Source: Paraspadella gotoi (taxonomy: Eukaryota; Animalia; Chaetognatha). Taken from it: a DNA stretch of 64,000 bases. The notes beneath the pieces were generated by a model, which saw nothing but the letters and a program-made list of their open reading frames with translations, was not told where the DNA came from and searched no databases. The stretch's first letter is position 1, and each line of letters begins with the position of its first letter. The stretch lies in contig CM119271.1 in the NCBI GenBank assembly GCA_051294375.1, positions 8,773,083 through 8,837,082 on the forward strand. The letters are read 5' to 3'. Made by a program: the position numbers and the translations under genes. Shown piece after piece: positions 15,065 through 29,234 of this stretch.

Positions 15065-17246
15065 GATATAAAAAGAAGACGTGTTAGTGGTACCTTTAGT
15101 CTTCGTCGGTGAATTGTCGTCCAATGAGGGAATATTTCATGTCCAGTTATGGAGGTAAAAGTTGATGCGGTGCCTAATACTGAGAATATGACAACTGAAA
15201 GAGTGAAATAAAGTTAAGATGCCAAAGAAAATAACTTAAGGGACGGTATGACAAACAAGCCCTAAAAAAGTGATTCTGTTTTGCGGAATAACTGGTTAAA
15301 TAAGTATTTTAATTATTTAGTGGGTTTGTATATAGAGGGAGAGAAAAAAGTGTCCACTGTAAAGTAATAAGCAGTTAAATTACAGAGCCAAGAACATACA
15401 GGAACAAAGTGAAAATCGTGTGAAAAAAAAGAGAAATACCGCGATGATACAAAGCCGACAAGCAGGCCCTCGCAATAAAATATTTTCCTCACGCTAAATC
15501 GTTTACCGGCAAATGCGTCGTTTCCGCCTGCCGATGGCGATTGCCAACAGCCAACTCCGACTGCCTTATACTATAGAAGGCCAGGGGTTAAAATATCTTC
15601 TTAACAGCTCAACTACCAACCTTGCCAAACAGTACGCACTTTCAGCTCAATGACCAGGGAGCCCGCGCATTTACCGACTGTACTAATCACCATCTGAAGT
15701 AATTGCTGTTATGGCATTCGCCCTGTCACAACTATATATATACTTCTGACTATCGTCTGTCAACCATAGGCTCAATCAGCTCATTATATATAAGAACTGC
15801 ATATTGCCAAATAGTCTGCCGACTTGGCCTGAAGGACTTACGCCTGACGACTGTGGGAAATCGACGCAGTCATCTCAGATTTCTTTATTTCTTTTTCTTT
15901 CTTACGAATCACGAACGATTTTCTTTTTTTTTTTTTTTCTTTTTTTTCTTTTCTTAAATCTCTCCGACGACCGTTTTGGCGTGAGCTCAGTTTTATTCTT
16001 TATTCTTTTCGTACTAAAAACACATTCGACTCTGAATTTTAATGAAGATTTCCTTTTTAGTTTTCAAACATTTGGGGAGATTTTATATTTTCTCTCGCGC
16101 TTGAGTACTCATATGAAGTTTCTTACACAAGTACACCAGGCTCGCGAATTCAATCTCCAAAGATGTTTGTTAAATTTTGGTTGACTTTACGATTCACTTA
16201 AGATTTCTTCTCCTGAAGGAACTGATTTGGATGAGGCCGGATTAAACTGTCCCATTACCTCAAATAACATTTTCACCTTTCCCATTTTTAGGTTAAATTA
16301 AATAATTTGTAATTGTTTTGTTATGCTTGTCAATAACATTTTTACAATTTTACATTATCAGTTTAGAACTAACATTTTATTTAAAAAGGGAACGAAGGTA
16401 TTAAGATTCCTGAATTCGTTCGCTCTACTATTTTTTTGCAGATAAGCCTGTTCATTCTATACTTTCCCGTTTTCAGTCTATGTGCTAACTTTGGGAAACA
16501 GGTTCCTAGTTTCATTTGTTTTCCACTTTTTTCCCCCAAGTTTTTTATCACCCCCTAGACCGACGTTTTCCGATCCCAAGATTCCAGGGGGAAAATGGTC
16601 GATCGTCGTTCGACGTCGTCGTCGTCGTCATCGTCGTCTACTTTTCCTTCCGGGGTTTCTCTACAATAATTGTCCTCTGGTAACGCGAAGCAACATGCTG
16701 GCGTTTCTGGAATCTGGATTGCGATCTCCTGCGCCTTCGCCCCTAGCACAAGATCGGAGAGTGCGAATATATATGGCGACTCATTCTCTTAAATGAGAAC
16801 ATAGAAATAGCTTTCGTTTGCGATCACTGTCTTCCCTCGAAGGGAAAATTCTACAAATTATATAATTTCAACATACGAGTGTTATGGGCTTTCCAGTTCG
16901 CACACAAGTATATTGCAACTATTTAAAATTAATTTACAATTCCAGAATGTGAATATTTAATACCACGTGATTATTAATTGTTTGTCGGATGAAGAAAAGG
17001 AAAGTGAAGTATAGCTATAAAGGAGTATCGACCGAGAAATGCAAGATTTCCGCTCTATGGCAGGGATAGCTCATAAACGGCCGAGATTTCAACAGGTGCC
17101 CCGGACTCGCCCCTGCGTCGTCGATGAGTTGCAAACCGAGGCGCGAGATTCGCCAGAATGCGGCTCAATTGATTGCATCTAGCACCTTGGCTATTGTGGA
17201 GGCGTCGGGCATACGGCTCGAGTGTCAAGAAACGACCTATCGCACG

Positions 17247-17298
<52 letters not shown>

Positions 17299-19149
17299 GC
17301 AGCAGACGAACCGGAGACGAGAGAGAAGGAGAGAGAGTGGAGGAAATGGGACGCGCGAGCGGAACAAAAATAGAGATGAACTGAACGAGAAACGAAGCAC
17401 GTTTTGGAAATAGTCCAACTTAAGTGAAAGAAAAGGTAAAAGAAAAGAAAAGAGAGAAAAGAAGAGAAGAGAGAAGAAAAGCAAAAGAATTGGGAAGACA
17501 GATAAAATTGCAAGGGACGGATCATGACCAAAAGACGATAGAGATATGGCCCACGGAGCGGAAGCAGCGCGATCGAGAAGAGTGAGAGGGAGAGAGAGAA
17601 TCGGGAGTAAAAGCAGGAGAAACTGTGACAAGGGAGAAAAGAGTCGGATAGAGAAAGAAAGGAATAGGGGACAGAGTAGGATATTTATGGAAAGAAGGAG
17701 ATCTAGGAGAAAGAAAATTAAGAAGGAGATAAGGATAGATGGAAGGTCCAATTACCAAGAGGGGAAGAGGAAATGAAAGAGGAGGAGAGAGAGGAAGAGA
17801 AGAAAGATGCACGGAAAGAGGAGGGGAGAGGAGGAGAGTGGTGAGGAAAAAGAGGGAGATACGCGAGAGTATATGATGGAGAGGAGGGAGAGAAAGTGGA
17901 ATAGGAGAAGAGAGAGAGGAGAGAAAGGAACGTAGGGAACGAGAAAAACGGAGTAGAGAGGGAGAGTGGAATGAGAAGGGCGGAAAAGAGGAGAGAGAGG
18001 AGAGAAAAAGAAGAGGAAAAGGAGAAAGGAAAGTAAGAAAGAAGATAATATAGAGAGGGTATGAAAGATAAAGCAGAGTCATAGTCTAGAATAGCTCTGA
18101 AGGAAGAGAGAGAGATAAAAATGTAAAAGAGGATAGTAATTAAAAGACAAGAAAGAGAAAGGAAAGAGTAGCACGCGATGAAGAATGGAGAAGAGAAGCG
18201 ATAAAGTTAGACTGAGCACGCTAGTATGTAGAGACCGGCAAGGTACGTCAGGAATTTGGAAGAGGCACAGTTGCATTGCTGAGCGCAGATCGATTTGATG
18301 AACAGAAAGGCCTCCGATTCGCACTTGTGAAAGAGGTCGAGAGGGTCGCAAGAGAGAGGTATTGAATCGAATGGGACAAAAGGCCTATCTTGCGTACTTC
18401 AAAATAGAGTATTTGAGTTATAATAATTATCTGTTTTATTCAAATAACGCAGTATTAATCTTGATCTTTACTTGCGCGTCGGTCATTATCTTTGGACAAA
18501 TAAGCGGTTAGAGCTTTAAGTTGATTGTACTAATGGTAGGTTCTGTTGACCGTGAGGTGCCCAATCAATCCATGGATCGTAGGGTCTTGGGGTGGAGAGA
18601 GCAGAGGGGTGAGACACAGACCTCACTGATCCATAATCTAGATTCTGTATGGAGAGGATGAATAGAGCACAGACGAACCAGCAAGAATTTCCAGAGACTG
18701 GGGGGAGTTATGTCTTTGGTGCTCTTGCATTCAGACCCAAGGAAGCATCTGGCCCAACGTTGCCTCTGTCTCCATGGAATCGTGTGTGTGTTTCTTGTCT
18801 GGCGATCGAGCGGATCGCTGGGCGGCACGTAGGCGTCTCTCGTCAATGCTCTACCATACTCTCTTCTCTCATCTCTCTCTCTCTCATCGTCTCTCGTCGG
18901 TCCTACTCTCTTCCGCTAGCTCTTCTCTCAATCCGTCGAACCATAATTTGCACGAGTGGGCGACCACATGGCACTTCGCACCGCCTTGGATATTCCACGT
19001 GGGCTCGTACGTCCATGTTACGGCGCCCGCTTTGGTATCCCGCCCTTAATTCCCCCTCCGACAGAGGCCCCCTTCACCTTTACAGGCGCCGTTGCGGAGG
19101 GGAGAGGGGGGGGGGCGTTGCGCTCGACCCCTGTAACCACTACATAACA

Positions 19150-21000
19150 AACAAATTTCCGGGGGTTTGCTAATTCTCAAGTGGAGTCGCACTCAGATGA
19201 ACACATTATTGGCACGGATGGAAGCTCAATGGCGGGAACGAAAAAAAAAGCGTAGAATCCTTTTGCTGAACTCTACAGTCTAGTTTATAAGTTTCCTCAC
19301 ACTATATCATCTCTGCACATTAACTACTAGCGCCTAACTCAACATGACCTCTATTCTCCCTATTTCCCGATTCAATAATAAAAGTAAAGTGTAATCAACG
19401 CGGGAATATTTCCACCGCACTAAGGTTGATTTTGATCAACAATCGCTTATTCATTCTACTTGCGGAATATATAATTGTGAGAAGATAAAGCTAAGACGCA
19501 CTATTTGGATAAGACATATAATTAGGGACTTACATAAGTCTGAGCACACAATATGTATCACAAAAGTTACATAAATCAATATATATAATTCTAACATTAT
19601 AGATAAAAAAGTATATAATTAATGACTATAATTAAATTACGTATACAAAATTAAAAAATGTTACATAAATTCAAACAAGTTAGTCAAAGGCAAGCAATTA
19701 GATAGGGGGTAAAGAGAGAATCAACACTTGTGTGTGTGAGTAGAGAAATATAAACTATGATATTTTTTCAAGCTTTAAAACTTCGACTATATATTAAACT
19801 GGGTTAAGTTGTAAGCACTCTTATATAATATTAAAATAATCTCGAGTGTATAAAGTTAATTTTAAAGGAGTTTTGGTATAAGAATGTAATGTAATCAGTC
19901 TTCAAATTTCTTGACCACCCAAGCCTGTCCAAAGTGGCAGGACAGATTATTTATTAAGGGTGATTATATTGATATTATTGATTGCAATTCCATTTCAACT
20001 TTCAAGTACATTGAAGAGAAAATTTGTCAAGGTCAGAATATTAATGAATGTATATAACATAAGGGCGGTGTAGTGAAAGTCATATTTACCAGAAAATTCT
20101 AAAAGTGAAAAAGTCATATAACAATCATACCAAATCAGTGAACATTAATTTTGTAAATAAATTTTAATTTTATGTTTTTTCATCACATTTTTCGCTCGCA
20201 GTAAACCATTATAATTTATAATAGTTACTAATCTTCATAAATTCCGAAAAAGTTTCAAAATAGGGCTTTTGTTCTTATTTTGATTGCAGATATTGAAAAT
20301 TCCTCGTCAAAATTGATAAAAGAAAATATAAATTATTTTAAAAAAAATTCTGTTCATTAAGTTGGTTAAAAATTAAAAATATATATTAATATTAAACATT
20401 AAATGTTTCAAGCTTAAAAATAATATCAGTACTTTTTTCCAATTTTGGCACTCTTAACTCGAAGGAATTTTTGTTTAAAAAGAGTTATATTCTCTTTTAT
20501 CAAACATTTTTTATGAGAATCAAATCTGAAATTCTTAAAAAAGTTTTGAATTTAGATTATTTGGTAGTAGAGGCTTACTAAGTATAAATATGGTGGTACT
20601 GCGGCATAAATTGTAAAATTTATTATGAAATTTTTCTTTTTATACATAAATGTTTTGTTAATACAAGGTATGTTCTCCGTTGTTCTCACTTTTAGAAATT
20701 TTAAAGTTAAAAGTTAGTTTAGAGAAATTTTAAAAAAACTAGCCTAATTGTATATTATAAATATGTCACTTTTTTTATATTTAATTTACCATAGTTATGG
20801 CAATTTCGCAGCTGCGTGTAAATATAAATATAAAAGGAATGATTTCCTATTCCCTCCTTGTTCACTGGTACGGGAATATAAAAAAAAAAAAATAGACCGT
20901 CGTGTCATAGTCAAGGAAATGGCCACAAATGTGTTAGGAAAGGGAGGGAGGAGAGAGAACGAACTGGGGATAGGAAAGAAACTCCGATCAACAGATCAAT
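19150..21000 (+). repeat. Insertion-error-rich copy of 13920-14595
   Basis: Shared anchors in the same order (aacgaaaaaaaagcgta, ccacccaagcctgtccaaagtg, ttcaagtacattgaa, aatttaccat, aaaaggaatgatt, aacgaactgg); the copy is followed by a 25-N gap at 21237-21261. Confidence 0.7.
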
Positions 21001-21261
21001 TAACACAACAGCACCCAGAGTGTGATCCTTGAATGCCCAGAGACTCATGATGGGAAACGAATGACTGTAGCCAACCGGTTTTGACGGAACCGATCCATGA
21101 CGGCGAACGAACCCACGCGCGTCGACGATCGACGGGACGACGGGGGCAGGAACGAATGTAGGAGCCGAAAAGACCGACGACGACGGACAGGAAGACGACG
21201 ACGGCAGGGACGAATGTAGGAGAGGACGGTGACAGGNNNNNNNNNNNNNNNNNNNNNNNNN

Positions 21262-21295
<34 letters not shown>

Positions 21296-21314
21296 CAGGG
21301 AAGACAACTATGGA

Positions 21315-21381
21315 GATGATGATGGTAATTGATGATAATATTGACGATGAGGATAATTAACGATGATGAATGATGATAATT

Positions 21382-21437
<56 letters not shown>

Positions 21438-21625
21438 TGATGATGAATGATCACTAGGATGATTGATCATAATGATGATGATGATTGATGAATGAATTAT
21501 GATTATGATGATTATAATGATTCTGATGATGATAATTGATATTTGATGAAGAAGTCAATAATTATTGAAAATTAGGATAATAATTGATGATAGTAATTGA
21601 CGATGATGATAATGATGATTTGATG
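21315..21625. repeat. (GAT)n microsatellite with degenerate flanks
   Basis: Pure core at about 21382-21435. Confidence 0.9.
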
Positions 21626-21869
21626 TCATTATTCCCCTAAATGTCCAAAACCAATAAATAGATTCCTAGGCTGAGGTTCTAATGTTTCTCTGGCGACAGA
21701 TCATGACAAGTCCATCCAACAATACGACTTAAACAATAACAAAGAAAACGTCAATGACTTTTCCGTCAAACTCAAAACTTTGATGGACCGAGAAAGGAAA
21801 GAAGATCAGCCCGGTCATTGTCTTTCTCTCTCTCTCTGCTCTTTCCAACCCCCGGAGCGACATGCCGAT

Positions 21870-21928
<59 letters not shown>

Positions 21929-22828
21929 ACATGACAGAGAGCACGACATGGCCATGACACGATTTGACACGGCGACGTCGCGACATGAAAGTGATTTACG
22001 ATCGTCGATCTCTTCGTCTGTTTAATGTCAACCTTTTTAGTTTTTTCTCTTTTGCTTTTTTTCTTTTAACTCCAACCTTNNNNNNNNNNNNNNNNNNNNN
22101 NNNNNNNNNNNNNNNNNNNNNNNNNNNNNNNNNNNNNNNNNNNNNNNNNNNNNNNNNNNNNNNNNNNNNNNNNNNNNNNNNNNNNNNNNNNNNNNNNNNN
22201 NNNNNNNNNNNNNNNNNNNNNNNNNNNNNNNNNNNNNNNNNNNNNNNNNNNNNNNNNNNNNNNNNNNNNNNNNNNNNNNNNNNNNNNNNNNNNNNNNNNN
22301 NNNNNNNNNNNNNNNNNNNNNNNNNNNNNNNNNNNNNNNNNNNNNNNNNNNNNNNNNNNNNNNNNNNNNNNNNNNNNNNNNNNNNNNNNNNNNNNNNNNN
22401 NNNNNNNNNNNNNNNNNNNNNNNNNNNNNNNNNNNNNNNNNNNNNNNNNNNNNNNNNNNNNNNNNNNNNNNNNNNNNNNNNNNNNNNNNNNNNNNNNNNN
22501 NNNNNNNNNNNNNNNNNNNNNNNNNNNNNNNNNNNNNNNNNNNNNNNNNNNNNNNNNNNNNNNNNNNNNNNNNNNNNNNNNNNNNNNNNNNNNNNNNNNN
22601 NNNNNNNNNNNNNNNNNNNNNNNNNNNNNNNNNNGATTGGAGACTAAGTTAGTGAGAGACGAAAACGACCGGCAGCGAAAGAAGAGAGAGGGGGGCGTGG
22701 AGGGCGGAGAGAAGTAACGACGGAAGAAATAAACAAAAGGCCAACGACTAGAGAATTTGATTTCTTTAAAGTTAAACGAAACGTGATTTTCGGACGGAAT
22801 GAATTTTGTACGTAGTAGGATGTTATGA

Positions 22829-22844
22829 AGTAGTAGTAGTAGTG

Positions 22845-22907
<63 letters not shown>

Positions 22908-22913
22908 TTAGTT

Positions 22914-22952
<39 letters not shown>

Positions 22953-22975
22953 ATAGTAGTAGTAGTAATAGTAAT
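22829..22975. repeat. (TAG)n microsatellite
   Basis: Read directly. Confidence 0.95.
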
Positions 22976-23327
22976 AACACTTGTAGCCTTTTTCTGAAAT
23001 TGATAAAAGAAATATCTTATACTTAGCAGCATCTCTAACATTACTTTTAAATTAGTCATAGAAATTGATAAATAAGTAATAAGTATCATTAACTGAGCAC
23101 ATATCAACCTAGAAAGAGAGAGCTTCAAATGCTCATTCACAAATATTGTAATTTTTCTAACTGTTTGAACAATTTAGTACTTGTCAACTTATTCAAGATT
23201 AATATCTTAAACTTGGATCTAACTTTTGCTCGATATTTGCAATATCCTACCTTCAAGTCAGCGTCGTACTCTGGGTGCTGAAAACCTTAGATCATAAGTT
23301 TATTATCCCTAGAAGAACTCAGCCTCT

Positions 23328-23392
23328 GTGAGTGAGTGAGTGAGTGAGTGAGTGAGTGAGTGAGTGAGTGAGTGAGTGAGTGAGTGAGTGAG
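23328..23392. repeat. (GAGT)n microsatellite
   Basis: Read directly. Confidence 0.95.
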
Positions 23393-23527
23393 CGAGCGTG
23401 CGAGAGACCTCAGCCTCAGTGAGTGGGATCTCACCGTCGGGAAAAGACGGAACCTTTGAAAAAGAGTCACGCCGATTTCATCGTGACGAATGACGATAGA
23501 AGATAGATGGGAGATGAGAGATGAGAG

Positions 23528-23660
23528 ATGAATTATGAATGACGAATTATGAACGACGATCGATGAATGACGAATTATGATTGACGAAAGTTGAATGACG
23601 AATTATGAACGACTATCGATGAACGATAATCGATGAACGATGATTAGTGAACGATGAGCG
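23528..23660. repeat. Degenerate ~13-14 bp minisatellite (GACGAATTATGAAY / GATCGATGAAY)
   Basis: Repeated tgacgaattatga and atcgatgaa units. Confidence 0.7.
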
Positions 23661-24150
23661 ATTATTTATAGGTTATTTAATTTTTTTTTTTTTTAATATC
23701 AACGCAACTGATAAGTTTTACCATAGATCGCAATAGTGTAACAAAAAAGTTACTCTTTAAACTATTTACAACTATTTGCGACCCTCTGAGAAAGAAAACT
23801 TAGAGAAGGTGTAGATTTAATATCACATTTCCTCTCTTTTTTTTCACTTCTCTTCTCTCACTCTTTTTTTTCTATTTCAAGCTTTCATCACCAACTCTTC
23901 CTTAATATCTCTGAACATCTCTCTTCCTTTCTCGCTTTTCTTTCTTCTTCTCTCTTCTTCCCTCTCCCCTCCTTTCCTCCCTTCCTCCCTCTCCCCCCCC
24001 CTCGCCCCCCATTTTCCCTCTCAGTAGCCTCGAGAGATTCAAAGCTGTCATCGAGTTTCTGTTCCTCAGTCATTAACTTCTCGGTTCTTGTCTTTCGACG
24101 GGAGTCGATTTTAGAATCACCTCGCTAACCTTCATTCCTCTCCGCTCTCT

Positions 24151-24190
24151 CATTGGTCCGCCGCTTCTGTCTTCCTTCACCACCATTGGT
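24151..24190 (-). promoter_or_regulatory. CCAAT pair on the reverse strand
   Basis: cATTGGtc at 24152 and 24185 (33 bp apart), followed by gacgtca and a CpG-rich stretch. Confidence 0.4.
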
Positions 24191-25924
24191 CTATTTCGAC
24201 TCCCGACGTCACGCGATTCGTCCGTTTCGAGACTCTATCTTCCTCTTCCTTCCTTCCGCTCTTCCTTCTCCCATAGGAATACACTTTGGGGCGCGCGGAG
24301 AGAGTTGGAGTCGCTGGCGTTCAAAGGTCGACGATCTTCTGGAAGACGTTCCAAGAAAAGAAGGGGGGGTTGGAGGCGAGCGTGAACGGCGTCTCTGTCT
24401 CTGTCTCGCTTTCTTTCCCCCGGGGGAGAAGGGTGAGAGAGAGACAGAGAGACGGAGTCGCTTGGGTGTTGTTTGCTTCGATGTTTCTTTTATTTTCGGA
24501 ACTCCTGATTGAGAAGGATCGAATATAATTAATAATAATTATAATTAATTATAATAATTATATTGTATCGTTTTAAAAACAAATAATATTTATCTACAAA
24601 GTTATAATCCGAACTATAATAAAATAGTTTTTAATAATAAATACGTAAGGTTTCTTCATAACTGATACGAAATCCGTCTCGTAATCAAGAAAAAAAAAAT
24701 TTTTGGACAGAAACTGCTGAGGGGCAAAAATTATCCCAACTCCTTTGTGGCTTACCACCGACCACAGATGTCAATTCTAATCTGAGAAGGCGAGAAAATA
24801 GTTTTTATTGCAGTTAAATTCTTTAAAATTATTATATTCATAACCTGACACGAAACCATAGCAACCAAACTTTCCCATCAAGCCGACCCACTTCGAGCCG
24901 CGTCGAATAAAATTTTTATGATCAATGATAATTTTNNNNNNNNNNNNNNNNNNNNNNNNNNNNNNNNNNNNNNNNNNNNNNNNNNNNNNNNNNNNNNNNN
25001 NNNNNNNNNNNNNNNNNNNNNNNNNNNNNNNNNNNNNNNNNNNNNNNNNNNNNNNNNNNNNNNNNNNNNNNNNNNNNNNNNNNNNNNNNNNNNNNNNNNN
25101 NNNNNNNNNNNNNNNNNNNNNNNNNNNNNNNNNNNNNNNNNNNNNNNNNNNNNNNNNNNNNNNNNNNNNNNNNNNNNNNNNNNNNNNNNNNNNNNNNNNN
25201 NNNNNNNNNNNNNNNNNNNNNNNNNNNNNNNNNNNNNNNNNNNNNNNNNNNNNNNNNNNNNNNNNNNNNNNNNNNNNNNNNNNNNNNNNNNNNNNNNNNN
25301 NNNNNNNNNNNNNNNNNNNNNNNNNNNNNNNNNNNNNNNNNNNNNNNNNNNNNNNNNNNNNNNNNNNNNNNNNNNNNNNNNNNNNNNNNNNNNNNNNNNN
25401 NNNNNNNNNNNNNNNNNNNNNNNNNNNNNNNNNNNNNNNNNNNNNNNNNNNNNNNNNNNNNNNNNNNNNNNNNNNNNNNNNNNNNNNNNNNNNNNNNNNN
25501 NNNNNNNNNNNNNNNNNNNNNNNNNNNNNNNNNNNNNNNNNNNNNNNNNNNNNNNNNNNNNNNNNNNNNNNNNNNNNNNNNNNNNNNNNNNNNNNNNNNN
25601 NNNNNNNNNNNNNNNNNNNNNNNNNNNNNNNNNNNNNTGGCCGATGAAAGGACAGGTGTGCGTCGGCAAATGTCCGCACAAGAAAGGATTTGGTCCCATT
25701 GTCGGTCTCTTTGATGACCTTGCGATCTTCGTTTCTTTTTATTTCATTAATTGCAATCGACAGTCAAGCAGGACTAACAGCAACTCATCCTTGAAGACAG
25801 TGATAATAGAGTAAATTGCTCTTCTTCCTTATCCTGACAGCGATCCAACTGCGTACGACGGGATCATCGACTCATAGTTTTCCTTCGTCTGATTGTTCGT
25901 CTGAAAGTTCCTTCGTACAATGAA

Positions 25925-26160
25925 AACATTCTTTTAAATAAAATGCGACTTCATTGATAAGGAAGCCAGGTACTCTGGGATTGAATAAACCCGTCTGTGA
26001 GAGAGTCTTGATTGAAAGCTTACAGGGTCCCGCTATCTTCTGTGTTGGAGGGCTTAAACCACCGTAGCCTGTCCATTGTCCAAAGTCACGGACAATATAG
26101 CTATTTAGTATTAAATGAATGGATAATTGTTCTCTTGGTTGTACCAATTTCATATATTCC
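25925..26160 (+). mobile_element. Unclassified ~235-bp dispersed repeat, copy 1
   Basis: acattcttt...cttcattgata.ggaagccaggtactctggg...gtgagagagtcttga.tgaaagctt...ttaaaccacc..agcctgtcc...caaagtca...accaattt; it matches 27770-27997 and 41768-41905 (both reversed). Confidence 0.7.
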
Positions 26161-26777
26161 CAGTCACGTCGCTTATTCCTTCTCACAGAGTCAATCACCC
26201 ACCTCCTCATTTTACCGTTCCCCTCCCACAGGACTAATTTCTTCACACCCCCCCCCTCTCCACGCTCCAACGGCTTCGAGAAAGAAAATCCCCCAAAAAA
26301 AGTCAGAAACTAAATTGAAAATAAACAATAGTAGAAACGTGACCCGATTGACGTCGTCTTCATTATCGTCGTCGTCGTCATTGTCGTCGTCTTTTAAGGT
26401 CACTATCGTCGCTGCTTGGCCGACTCGAACATTAGTCGTTGTTGTTATCGTCGTCCTTGTTGTTGTTGTTATTCTTTTTTTCCGTCTTAAAGAGTCATTC
26501 CTAATCATCTTTTTCGTCATCGTTGCCGTCAGAAAGAATCGTCTTAGACGTCAAGAGTAGTCCTCGTTAGCGTCTAGGCGTCACGGTCGCCGTGAGCGTG
26601 ATAGTCGTCGTCTTCGTAAAAGTTTTCTTCGACTTTGCGGTTAGCGTCATCTTCGTCGTCGTTGTCGTCTTCGTCGTCGTAGTAGTTGTCATCGGGATCG
26701 TCTCAAAAGTCAGAGAGAGTCGAGTCGTGAAGTTTTGATTGACGGTTAGTGATTGATCACGTGTTATCAAGGTTCGT

Positions 26778-27037
<260 letters not shown>

Positions 27038-27579
27038 CCCCCAGCAGTCTGCCGAGAAGAGACAACCGCGTTGATCTACCGCCTTCCCTTCTCATCAAGC
27101 ATCGATCGCCAATCTCCCATCGAAACGGATCCTTTAATATATTTTTACATAAAATATAAAAGCCATAAAACGCGCGAGGACTTCAAAGTTCGAAAACAAT
27201 AAAGTCGGCGTCGAATGATTAATTATTTTTGATCGAAGATCCTTAAAAAAAAAAAAAAAAAAANNNNNNNNNNNNNNNNNNNNNNNNNNNNNNNNNNNNN
27301 NNNNNNNNNNNNNNNNNNNNNNNNNNNNNNNNNNNNNNNNNNNNNNNNNNNNNNNNNNNNNNNNNNNNNNNNNNNNNNNNNNNNNNNNNNNNNNNNNNNN
27401 NNNNNNNNNNNNNNNNNNNNNNNNNNNNNNNNNNNNNNNNNNNNNNNNNNNNNNNNGTCGTTGTTGTTGTTGAAAGGTATTTCAAAAGTTGTTAAATTGG
27501 CGTGGTTGAAAATATATAGATTGGTGACTTTGAAATCGGAACAATTATTATAAAAATAATTCATTTATTCAATAAAAAC

Positions 27580-27997
27580 CTTATCTCGCCCCTGGCTTTG
27601 GTCGGACTATGTTGGGTTAAGCCTCTTTTCCTCTTACAAGATGATAACAAAGTAGAACCTTTCACGGTTTCAATTAACACTCTCTCACTGTCTTGTTTAT
27701 GAAAGCCATGAGTGATTTGCTACCGTATAAATGAGGTAATAATATTGAGTGTATATAATAATGAAATAAAATTGGTAGAACCAATAAAAAAAATTATCCA
27801 TTTATTTAATAAATAGGCTATCTTGCCTCTGACTTTGGACAGGCTTTGGTGGTTTAAGGCCTCCATCACTCTTACAAGATAATGACATATCATTTTCCTG
27901 CAAGCTTTCATTCAAGACTCTCTCACAGTCTCGTTTATTCACACCCAGAGTACCTGGCTTCCCTATCAATGAAGTGGTATAATATTTCAAAGAATGT
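27580..27997 (-). mobile_element. Two head-to-tail copies of the ~235-bp dispersed repeat (27580-27712 diverged and partial; 27770-27997 full)
   Basis: tatctcgcccctggctttggtcggact (about 27582) parallels tatcttgcctctgactttggacaggct (about 27819); both are followed by ctcttacaagat and ctctctcac.gtct.gtttat. Confidence 0.65.
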
Positions 27998-28989
27998 ATT
28001 AAAACACCACTCCCTTAAGTATTAAGTATTAAGGGATAATATTTTTTTTCTACACGTTCACGTGCTTGTTCAATTATGGATCGTCACACACTTGAAAAAT
28101 AAACTTCACGTCAGAATTTCCCGCCAGATCTTAAAACGCACAATTTTAATGACAATAACGTCAGTTAAGAAAAATGAACTAAACATAATCGATGCTTTGA
28201 ATTATGATGGAGAAAGTTCAAATTGATCATTAATATGGGGGCTGTCTTGTGTCAAACAGTCTCTCTCTCTCTCACTCTCTCTCTCTCTCTCTCTCTNNNN
28301 NNNNNNNNNNNNNNNNNNNNNNNNNNNNNNNNNNNNNNNNNNNNNNNNNNNNNNNNNNNNNNNNNNNNNNNNNNNNNNNNNNNNNNNNNNNNNNNNNNNN
28401 NNNNNNNNNNNNNNNNNNNNNNNNNNNNNNNNNNNNNNNNNNNNNNNNNNNNNNNNNNNNNNNNNNNNNNNNNNNNNNNNNNNNNNNNNNNNNNNNNNNN
28501 NNNNNNNNNNNNNNNNNNNNNNNNNNNNNNNNGGTCGAAAATATAAATCAAAAGTATTTAGTGACAGATAGAGAAAGAAATAGAGGAACGAAGAACGATG
28601 ACTATAAATTTAAAAGCGCGTAGTATGTTAAATGAAACATTTAATGGTTTGACTTTAAGTTGAAAAAAAAATACGGAGCAATGAACTTGAGAGTCGCCAA
28701 ATGAGTTAAGGCGCTGTCTGTACGTCCGTTCGTTTGTCTGACAAAAAGTTGGAATGAGAAAAAAATGCGACTTCAGTTGACTTCAAAAGATATTTCTTAG
28801 ATGGGGAGATAAATTTTCAAATGTATAATCGAATACAATGCTGAATATTAATTGTATTTATCAATAGGAACGAGCCAAGCTATAGAAAGAGGAAGGAAAT
28901 AACGAGATCTTATCTTTTTGACTCTGTCTCTCTCTCTCTCTTTCTCTACAGCATATTCAAAATATAATCAATCAAAAACGTTTACTGAC

Positions 28990-29055
<66 letters not shown>

Positions 29056-29200
29056 TATCTCGCGGAGGCCCCTCATCGAGCATATTTTCTTTAAAGCGAA
29101 AGACTCAGGGCCCCGATTTTACGACTTAACAACCCCATAACTTTGGACGCAGAGTGATGAACGTGGAAGAGAGGAGGTAGAGGAGAGAGAAAGAGAGAGA

Positions 29201-29234
<34 letters not shown>

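Noticed and set aside
15843-15880. CTGACGA...GAAA hammerhead-like boxes
   Set aside because: Stem II is only 1 bp and there is no properly placed NUH triplet or stem I.
16450-19150. ORFs of 90-186 aa, including 18649-19173
   Set aside because: The region looks like very low-quality long-read fill; the peptides are low-complexity with no recognisable motif.
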